Shown: positions 9,768 to 15,931 of the stretch, piece by piece
How positions within the stretch are numbered: the stretch's first letter is position 1
Layout of the letters: every line of letters begins with the position of its first letter
Assembly: GCA_041288045.1 (NCBI GenBank)
Contig: JBGGMM010000245.1
Coordinates: 1-17,008, forward strand
DNA length: 17,008 nt
From: Pseudobdellovibrionaceae bacterium
GTDB taxonomy: Bacteria; Bdellovibrionota; Bdellovibrionia; Bdellovibrionales; Bdellovibrionaceae
Direction of reading: 5' to 3'
The notes under the pieces: generated by a model
What the model saw: the letters and a program-made list of their open reading frames with translations, nothing else
What the model was told of the DNA's origin: nothing
The model's database searches: none
Translations under genes and position numbers: made by a program

Positions 9768-10055
9768 ATGAAAATGTCACAAGTTCTGATTGGTTTCGCT
9801 TTGACGGCTGGTCTTACATGTTCAGCAGTTGCTTCCGAATCTCTCGGCGAAAAGGGAAGTGCCACAGCCAACGACGTCAAGCGGTCTGCAAAAAAAGGAT
9901 GGAACCGAACCAAAGAAGCATTTTGTGCTGAAGGTGATGTCACTTGCGCCGCTAAAAAAGCAAAAAACAAGGTCGGAGAAGGTGTTGATTACACCAAAGA
10001 CAAGGGTCATGAAGTGAAAGACTCTGTCGACTCTGATGAGAAAGCTCGGGAGTAA
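9768..10055 (+). CDS. Small secreted Lys/Ala/Glu-rich protein (LEA/CsbD-like composition) with a CxxxxxxC pair
   Basis: RBS AAAGGAG (9753-9759) precedes ATG 9768, giving 95 aa. Signal peptide MKMSQVLIGFALTAGLTCSAVA is followed by a highly hydrophilic mature part containing CAEGDVTC. Confidence 0.8.
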   Translation: MKMSQVLIGFALTAGLTCSAVASESLGEKGSATANDVKRSAKKGWNRTKEAFCAEGDVTCAAKKAKNKVGEGVDYTKDKGHEVKDSVDSDEKARE

Positions 10056-10058
10056 AAG

Positions 10059-10214
10059 ATGTCCAAAAATCCTTACGGAAACTCCAGTCGCCGAGGAAGA
10101 TCGAGCTTTCTACTTCTCACAGTGGTCGCTCTGATCCTCGCAACAGGAATTTGGACCTACACTTACACTCATTATATCGGAGCAAGCACTTCGGTGACCG
10201 AAGCCGCTCGATAA
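10059..10214 (+). CDS. Unannotated 51-aa single-pass membrane peptide
   Basis: Translated by hand: MSKNPYGNSSRRGRSSFLLLTVVALILATGIWTYTYTHYIGASTSVTEAAR*. It starts 3 nt after the upstream TAA with a GGGAG RBS in the end of the upstream gene. A basic N-terminus precedes one hydrophobic helix, and the ORF fills the operon gap. Confidence 0.65.
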   Translation: MSKNPYGNSSRRGRSSFLLLTVVALILATGIWTYTYTHYIGASTSVTEAAR

Positions 10215-10269
10215 AAACTGAGCTTGTTTGAAAATTTCAACTGCAACCCAACAAACAAAGGAGATCATC

Positions 10270-10443
10270 ATGGAAAATACAAATAAGAATTTCACTCACA
10301 AAGTCGGTGATGCCATCGAAAAAGCAGGTGAAAAAGTTTCTGATATGGGAGCACCCAAAGTTGGGAACCGAATCACAAATGCAGGTGATAAAATTGAGCA
10401 CTCTCAAGATGAAAAACCTGCTGATCTTCCTGAAGAAGCTTAA
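10270..10443 (+). CDS. Small hydrophilic peptide (hydrophilin/CsbD-like composition), 57 aa
   Basis: RBS AAGGAG (10258-10263) precedes ATG 10270. The sequence MENTNKNFTHKVGDAIEKAGEKVSDMGAPKVGNRITNAGDKIEHSQD contains an internal repeat KVG-x5-AG[E/D]K. Confidence 0.75.
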   Translation: MENTNKNFTHKVGDAIEKAGEKVSDMGAPKVGNRITNAGDKIEHSQDEKPADLPEEA

Positions 10444-10479
10444 AAGCTCATTTTCAGGCAGTCTCTGTCGGTAAGACTC

Positions 10480-10517
10480 GATAAGGCCCTCAAGAAAGAG
10501 GGCCTTATCTATTTTTT
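10480..10517 (+). terminator. Rho-independent terminator of the small-protein operon
   Basis: Perfect 12-bp stem GATAAGGCCCTC / GAGGGCCTTATC with a 6-nt loop, followed by TATTTTTT. Confidence 0.88.
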
Positions 10518-10599
10518 AGGCACTTCTCTCGGTCTCAAGTCGCATGGATTCACCTTCAGCGGGAATGTAAATCGCAAAATAGTCACTTGAGGTGAAATC

Positions 10600-11544
10600 A
10601 TGAAAACAGTTTTTCTTTTCTCTGTGATTTTATGGAGTCTGAGCAGTGCGGCCGAATCTCCAATTTCATTCAATAAAGAGGGAAATTGCCGAATGGACCT
10701 CGAAGATCCCTATTCGCCGGATGCGCGCATGCCGGGAAACGGCCCCTATGCTGGCCAATGTTTAGACACCCGGGGAGTGCGCGCCATTCAGATTCTTGAT
10801 TCTCAGCTTCTCAACAAATTTCAGACGGCGGCTCGTCCAGGCTCCATCATCGTTGCTAATTTCAAGCACAACCATCAATTTTGGATCGCTGAAATTCCAA
10901 CATCGGAAATCAAAGAAGTTTTCATGCAACAAGAAGTCGGAAAAGAAAATATTCCGATTCACCACCAGGCCCGATTTGTTTTTAACGAGGGAAAAGGAAT
11001 CCGCTTATTCCCGCAAAAGAAATCTCAAGAAGCTCAATTCAAGGAACCAGTTCTGGTCAAAGACTTTGTGGTCACTGCTATTGGCCTTAGGCCCGCGGAA
11101 CTGGCTGGAACTCCGTTTAGCCCCTTGAAAGGTCTCAAAAAATCCTATGGTCAAGGGATTGGTTTTGCTTCCATGGATGATACTTGGAAATACGACACTC
11201 TTCCTTTGGAGCATGATCTGCTTCAGTTTCGCCTGAAAATGACAGACAAACAGAAAGAAAAGCTTGTCAAATTTTACATCAAGCGATCTGACAAAGTTCG
11301 CGAGAGTCTAGAGTATCATTCTGTTTACGAAAATTGTGTCAGTGAGCTTTTCCAAGGGTTTGCCAAAGTGGCAAAAGTGCAAAAACCATTTTCTGGAAAA
11401 TGGACCAACGCTAAAGGCGACACTCAATATGTGCCTTGGAACACTTTGGAAAAGCTGAAGCTTTATAATCTCATCGATGATGAATACGGCAGTCGAATTT
11501 CGAATATCAGTGTCGAGTATAAAGATCGGCAGGCGACCAAGTAG
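10600..11544 (+). CDS. Secreted protein, possibly DUF4105/Lnb_N-like (Cys-His hydrolase or acyltransferase fold)
   Basis: RBS GAGGTG and signal peptide MKTVFLFSVILWSLSSAA. The HHQARFVF and YHSVYENCVSELF segments resemble the His...F and Y-x5-NC motifs of DUF4105. The family call rests on motif recall only. Confidence 0.6.
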   Translation: MKTVFLFSVILWSLSSAAESPISFNKEGNCRMDLEDPYSPDARMPGNGPYAGQCLDTRGVRAIQILDSQLLNKFQTAARPGSIIVANFKHNHQFWIAEIPTSEIKEVFMQQEVGKENIPIHHQARFVFNEGKGIRLFPQKKSQEAQFKEPVLVKDFVVTAIGLRPAELAGTPFSPLKGLKKSYGQGIGFASMDDTWKYDTLPLEHDLLQFRLKMTDKQKEKLVKFYIKRSDKVRESLEYHSVYENCVSELFQGFAKVAKVQKPFSGKWTNAKGDTQYVPWNTLEKLKLYNLIDDEYGSRISNISVEYKDRQATK

Positions 11545-11584
11545 GCGAGGGCCTCAGGAGAACACAGGGTTCTCACTTTGGAAC

Positions 11585-11607
11585 CTGTCACGGCAAAGCC
11601 GTGACAG
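11585..11607. terminator. Perfect 10-bp hairpin overlapping the lyase stop codon (possible bidirectional terminator or 3' stabiliser)
   Basis: CTGTCACGGC-AAA-GCCGTGACAG lies between convergent genes. Neither side has a clear U-tract. Confidence 0.45.
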
Positions 11608-14149
11608 TGAAGTTGGAAACCGTATGTGAGCCCGTTGCAGCATAATGAACGACATTGTTCAGCTGAGTCACTGCGGCTTGCTCGGTGCGGAAAGCGAAAT
11701 TATTGGCGAGCAGGACTTCAGTACCGCCTGACGGAGTGACATAGACGCTGTACCTATGAGTTGCTAGATCCACTCGCATGCGAATCGCATAGGCCTTTCC
11801 CGCTATGTAGCGGAGGCTGCTCGAGGCGTTGTAGGCTGAACCATTCCGAGCGTCCATCAAACCCTGAGGGTTGAAGCGGACGACAGCAGCAATTTTAGCA
11901 AAGTTCGAAGCTGCTCCGTAGGAAAGACCAGTCAATGCATCGATGGCAGCTCCATTCGGAGTCATTGTGAATTTGGCTTCGAAAGCTTTGGTTTGAGCCG
12001 TGAAGCTTGTGTTTTTCCAAGTGGTATTCGAAGTGATGCCCGATGAAGGCGGAGTCGTTGTGCCTGTTGAAGTCACTGTCTGAGTGACGCTGCTTCCGGC
12101 CATGCGACCACCTGGCAAAACAAAAGACAGGGTCTTATTGACTGAGCCTGTGAGAATCACACTCACAGTCATAGCCTTACTTTCAGGGCTGGCGACGCTG
12201 ATTTGCATTGGGCTCACGACTTCATTCACGAAAACTGCGACTTTTTGATTCACCTCCAAAGAGAGAGTCGGGTGAATGGTGATTTTCCCTGGTACATAGA
12301 AAATGACACCGGCCGCTTTTAAGGAATCATTGCGAACAGCTTGTCGGCTGGTCGAATTTTCGATCACTCGAACTGAAGTTGAATTGTAGTTTTGCATTGT
12401 CGCAAGTGAGGCTCCTGGAACAATAATGTAATCATAGGAAGCATTGGTTGGTTTCACTCCATGATCCAGCCATAGACTGAAAATCCATTTTGAAATCGAA
12501 GTGGTCGACCCGGCTGAATTGATTTTTCTCCAGGAACCAGTTTGCAGGGCATCTTTGAAATTCACACCTCGAGGATGTGGAAAGACGTAACCGACATTGT
12601 CATGATGAATCCATTTGGGAGAGTTCAACACTCTCTGTCCACTCGTTGCAACAGCGCCTGGATCAGCATCGCTATTGCCGATGGTGACATTGCCTCGTTT
12701 GTAGACTTGATTCAAAGTGGTGTTAATTGTGTAAGCAGAACTGCTGGTGATCCCTGCTCCCAAAGCGACGACTTCATCGCGGAAGAAGAACCAAGCTTTT
12801 TTGCCGGTAACTCCATCCCAGTTCAGTTGAAAACCAGAAGCACCGTACATTCCAGTCGAGACTCCGCCGGCGAAAGTGACAGAGCTCTTTGTGCCCCAAG
12901 TGGGTGGCAAAGGAATCGTTGTCTTATAAGGTGAAGTGACTCCGGGAACTCGAGCGAAATCCCAGACAGGCCAAATATCAGAATATTCAAGACCATCTTT
13001 GTTGATAGTCATCGCTCCTTGGGTCAGGTAGTAGCCCTGCGCATTTTCTCCATTCCCGTATTCGTGGCAATCCACCAAAACCGAGCAGGTCTTCACACTG
13101 ACAAAGTAGCCACCGCGGCGGTGCGCATGGTAATTTGAAAGCCAGAAATTTTTATTCCCGATGAGGGCGGCGTCATTGCCACCTTGAATGTGACTTTTAA
13201 AATTTTGAAATTCTGCCTTTCGTGGAGTTGCGAGGCTGATCATTGCATCTAGAGCTGTGATAAATCCCGGTTTGACAACTTGAGCTTGGGGTCTGGAAAA
13301 GCCTCGACCGGCCGAAGCCATATCCCATTGATTGCGACGAATCATCCACTGTGAGCCATCCAAAAGCAGAGACGAAAAATTATTCACTGTGGTCGAAGTG
13401 AAGGCTATCGAAAGACCCGAAATTTTCTTCATCCAATAGCTAATATCCATGACAAATTCTTGTCCATAGCCTGAATTGTAAAGTTGTCGTCCGTGCTGGT
13501 GAAAGCCGAAATCCTGACGAATTCCCTCTAAATCTGAAAGAGCCACAGTGCCTTGGATCGCGGTAAGAGCTCTTTTGACTTCTGTGAGATTGTGTTTTGC
13601 GCGCAGGATATTGATGTGAATAAAAATCCCGGCAATCCAGACCCGGTTCTGGCCCACGTAGAAAGTTGAGTTGTAATCCGCATTGTTGGAAAGTTCGATT
13701 CCGCTATTGATTTGAGCTGCGGTCAAATCTGGCTCCATCAAAAGCAGAATGCGAGTGATCAGGCGGGGAGCATTGATGATGGTCTGCCACCAATTGGGGT
13801 GAGTCAATCGTTTCTGCAACCAAGAGTCATAGCCCCGAATCACTGCCAATCGAACTGCCGAGTTCTGATAAAGCGAAGTGCCGGGTTTATGATAGGCCAC
13901 AGCCATCGTCCAAACCCGATTGAGGTGTTCAACGGCTGGCCAGAAATTCCAATCTGTTGGAGTGGCATAATCGATATTCGACCAGGAGCCATCAGACAAT
14001 TGACTGGTGAGATAGGTGTTGGCACTGGCGGTAGAGACAGTCGCAATATAATCAGCTTTCATACGAGAGCTGAGTGTGTCGATGTCATCTGCCTGCGCGA
14101 AGGCGAGACCAATAAAAAAACTGATGAGAAAAAGGAGACAAGCTTTCAA
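11588..14149 (-). CDS. Secreted polysaccharide lyase family 8 (chondroitin AC / hyaluronate / xanthan lyase family) with an extra C-terminal beta-sandwich module
   Basis: Signal peptide ending AFA or AQA. PL8 motifs: NWWQ, GQNRVW, FHQHGRQLYNSGYG (catalytic His and Tyr 9 residues apart), GRGFSR, GENAQG, WDFARVPGVT, KKAWFFF, TTLNQ, WIHHDNVGY and LDHGVKP. A Thr/Ser/Pro linker leads to a domain of about 145 aa. TTG start. Confidence 0.92.
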   Translation of the reverse strand: MKACLLFLISFFIGLAFAQADDIDTLSSRMKADYIATVSTASANTYLTSQLSDGSWSNIDYATPTDWNFWPAVEHLNRVWTMAVAYHKPGTSLYQNSAVRLAVIRGYDSWLQKRLTHPNWWQTIINAPRLITRILLLMEPDLTAAQINSGIELSNNADYNSTFYVGQNRVWIAGIFIHINILRAKHNLTEVKRALTAIQGTVALSDLEGIRQDFGFHQHGRQLYNSGYGQEFVMDISYWMKKISGLSIAFTSTTVNNFSSLLLDGSQWMIRRNQWDMASAGRGFSRPQAQVVKPGFITALDAMISLATPRKAEFQNFKSHIQGGNDAALIGNKNFWLSNYHAHRRGGYFVSVKTCSVLVDCHEYGNGENAQGYYLTQGAMTINKDGLEYSDIWPVWDFARVPGVTSPYKTTIPLPPTWGTKSSVTFAGGVSTGMYGASGFQLNWDGVTGKKAWFFFRDEVVALGAGITSSSAYTINTTLNQVYKRGNVTIGNSDADPGAVATSGQRVLNSPKWIHHDNVGYVFPHPRGVNFKDALQTGSWRKINSAGSTTSISKWIFSLWLDHGVKPTNASYDYIIVPGASLATMQNYNSTSVRVIENSTSRQAVRNDSLKAAGVIFYVPGKITIHPTLSLEVNQKVAVFVNEVVSPMQISVASPESKAMTVSVILTGSVNKTLSFVLPGGRMAGSSVTQTVTSTGTTTPPSSGITSNTTWKNTSFTAQTKAFEAKFTMTPNGAAIDALTGLSYGAASNFAKIAAVVRFNPQGLMDARNGSAYNASSSLRYIAGKAYAIRMRVDLATHRYSVYVTPSGGTEVLLANNFAFRTEQAAVTQLNNVVHYAATGSHTVSNFTVTALP

Positions 14150-14397
14150 AGGACCCCCGAGTCGTTACACGACAAAAAAATAGATGAATGCGTCCCCTCG
14201 GCTCTGAGTCATTGCAGAGTTGGGGCCAAGTCTTTCGGTTTACTGAATGGATTTGAGGCTTATCAAAAATTCGACAGCTGGCAAATCTCTGAGATTGAAT
14301 TTGCTAAGAGTAGAGAATGAGATGAAATTCCATCTGAACATCATTTTGACTCTCGCTATGAAGTTCGACGCGAGAAATTCGGATGAAATTGTCTCCA

Positions 14398-14412
14398 GTC
14401 TCATTCTGAGAC
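14398..14412. promoter_or_regulatory. Dyad GTCTCA-N3-TGAGAC, candidate protein-binding site
   Basis: Perfect 6-bp inverted repeat with a 3-nt spacer, about 250 bp upstream of the PL8 gene. Confidence 0.4.
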
Positions 14413-14450
14413 AGAACTTCTGTTGTGAGCCCACAGCAGGAGCTCGTTGA

Positions 14451-14468
14451 TCGCTTGAGCTCAAGCGA
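14451..14468. repeat. Perfect 18-bp palindrome
   Basis: TCGCTTGAGCTCAAGCGA is its own reverse complement. Confidence 0.8.
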
Positions 14469-14633
14469 CTGGACTTTGATGCAAAGAGATAGGGTCTGAT
14501 TGCAACTGTCGGTATTTTCAAACCCTTTTCACGCCTCATGATCCAAGGTGGAGCGATCCTTACAGCATTGGGGAGCGAATCCAACACGGATGCCATGGTC
14601 GGCATGGGTCTTTTGTTCCAAGAGTCAGTAAAG

Positions 14634-14996
14634 TTACTTTGGTTGAAAGAGCTCGATCAAATTTCCGGATGGGTCTTCGCACAGTATCTGTGACCCGCCC
14701 GGGCCTGAGAGGATCGAGTTTCTGAAAACCACTTTTTCTGATTTTAATTTTTCTACAAGGGCGGGGAGATTGCTGACTGTCAGCACGAAGCGATTCCAGC
14801 CCCCAGGCTCAGGCTTGCGGCCATCGGGCATAGGCTGAGCGGCCGAAGACATCGGAGCCGCTAGCCACAGTGTTAAATCCTCTTTGCGAAGAATAGCCAT
14901 GGCAGGCCCAAACTGCTGTTCGAGCTCAAATCCCAAATGCTGAGTGTAAAACTGAATCGAAGTTTCTAAATCTTTCACCAAATAGCGAATGGCCAT
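14634..14996 (-). CDS. VOC family protein (glyoxalase / bleomycin resistance / dioxygenase superfamily)
   Basis: MAIRYLVKDLETSIQFYTQHLGF...PGGWNRFVLTV...GPGGSQILCEDPSGNLIELFQP. ATG 14996 has a GGGAG RBS and gives 120 aa. Confidence 0.92.
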   Translation of the reverse strand: MAIRYLVKDLETSIQFYTQHLGFELEQQFGPAMAILRKEDLTLWLAAPMSSAAQPMPDGRKPEPGGWNRFVLTVSNLPALVEKLKSEKVVFRNSILSGPGGSQILCEDPSGNLIELFQPK

Positions 14997-15118
14997 GTCT
15001 GACTCCCGAGGGTGGTTTGATTTGCAGGGTATCACATGCAAAGTCGAGAAAGCACAGGTTAATGGTCAATTCTGCGCCCAGTTCAAATAATTGAATCTGA
15101 AAAAAACTTCGGTTGCTC

Positions 15119-15150
15119 AAGCCCATCAATCCTGATGGGCTTTTGTTTTT
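15119..15150 (+). terminator. Rho-independent terminator with no evident upstream plus-strand gene
   Basis: 10-bp stem AAGCCCATCA / TGATGGGCTT with loop ATCC, followed by TTGTTTTT. Confidence 0.75.
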
Positions 15151-15261
15151 GTGATGATGTTCGGAAATGCGAACAATCGCCTTCAATCGATTTGCCGCTG
15201 ACAGAAACGGGACCTGGTACCCATGGATCTCGAATTGCAACCTGACTCCTGAAGTTTAGAA

Positions 15262-15372
15262 ATGGATCTCAACTTTCAATATGGAAAAAAAAAAAAAAAA
15301 GTGATGACGATATTGGGCTTGCTGCTGACTGTTTCGACAGCTTTTGCGGCGAATACAGTCCAGCTTTTTTGA
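15262..15372 (+). pseudogene. 36-codon signal-peptide-only ORF containing an A16 tract (gene remnant or mini-protein)
   Basis: Translates as MDLNFQYGKKKKKVMTILGLLLTVSTAFAANTVQLF*. It has a basic n-region, a hydrophobic h-region and an AFA cleavage motif, then stops after 7 residues. Confidence 0.45.
15285..15300 (+). repeat. A16 homopolymer
   Basis: 16 consecutive A, by far the longest homopolymer seen in the window. Confidence 0.9.
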
Positions 15373-15431
15373 ACGCTGTTAATAACTCAATCAATTTCTT
15401 GTGAACGAAATTTAATAACGAAAGGAATTTT

Positions 15432-15761
15432 ATGCGTCTTCTATTCATTTTGGCTTCGACAATCTTAGTCCAATCGGCGATGGCTGTACCTCCCCAGGGT
15501 GCAAGAACTCCTAAGGATGGTCTGATTTCAAATACTGATTACCAAGGCTTGGTTGAAGGAATTCAAGACAGTGGTTTAACAGTGGTGGTTCAAGAAATGA
15601 ATCAAATGGATTTGTCCTCTGTGCTTGTCAAGAAGTGCTCTGGCGGAAGTCGCTCTGGAGTGATATTCGCTGTTCACACTGTCGATGCAGCCGGAGATGT
15701 CATTAGAACGAATTATTTTGGCACCACCGAGCTCGCCGAAAACATGAAGCAGTGCCAATAA
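15432..15761 (+). CDS. Small secreted hypothetical protein (109 aa, two Cys)
   Basis: RBS AAAGGA and signal peptide MRLLFILASTILVQSAMA, followed downstream by a terminator-like hairpin. Confidence 0.8.
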   Translation: MRLLFILASTILVQSAMAVPPQGARTPKDGLISNTDYQGLVEGIQDSGLTVVVQEMNQMDLSSVLVKKCSGGSRSGVIFAVHTVDAAGDVIRTNYFGTTELAENMKQCQ

Positions 15762-15784
15762 CACTGGCTTTCAAAGGGAACAAG

Positions 15785-15822
15785 AGCACCTGAGGCCGTA
15801 AGGTTCAGGTGCTTTGGGTTTC
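15785..15822 (+). terminator. Probable terminator between convergent genes
   Basis: AGCACCTGA...TCAGGTGCT stem, extended by CC/GG around a GTAA tetraloop and followed by TTGGGTTT. Confidence 0.65.
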
Positions 15823-15931
15823 GAAACTCCGAGATGGAATGGATTAACGGTGCTTGCGGAGTCGAGCGCTATTTGTGTTGGTAACATGGCATTTTTAATA
15901 CATGCCCGATCCGTAGATTGACCTATGGAAA

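Noticed and set aside
9768..9833. Lipoprotein signal at ...AGLTC in the 95-aa protein
   Set aside because: GLTC does not fit the [LVI][ASTVI][GAS]C lipobox, and AVA is a better signal peptidase I site.
10089..10155. RRG-RSSFLLL as a type IV prepilin (class III) cleavage site in the 51-aa peptide
   Set aside because: There is no Glu at +5 and a charged residue follows the Gly, so it is kept only as a generic membrane peptide.
10518..10534. AGGCACTTCTCTCGG as a sigma54 promoter for the 10600 gene
   Set aside because: The -12 position is GG rather than the required GC.
14188..14245. Minus-strand GTAAACCGAAAG...GGGACGCA in the PL8 leader, also riboswitch-like
   Set aside because: Spacing and pairing do not fit the c-di-GMP-I fold, and the CAAAG/CTAA elements are absent.
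13712..14320. 202-aa plus-strand ORF and the other plus-strand ORFs within 900-8663 and 12542-12934
   Set aside because: They are antisense shadows of well-supported minus-strand genes and show no motifs.
14478..14510. GATGCAAAGAGATAGGGTCTGA resembles the ACGCAAAG...GGGTCTAA core of c-di-GMP-I riboswitches
   Set aside because: The upstream GGCAAA...GNRA hairpin and downstream pairing strand are missing, and there is no plus-strand gene downstream.
14240..14605. 121-aa minus-strand ORF and 67-aa plus-strand ORF in the intergenic region
   Set aside because: No recognisable domain, no convincing RBS, and the two ORFs are mutually antisense.
14926..15240. 104-aa minus-strand ORF
   Set aside because: TTG start, spans a terminator hairpin, overlaps the VOC gene out of frame and shows no family signal.
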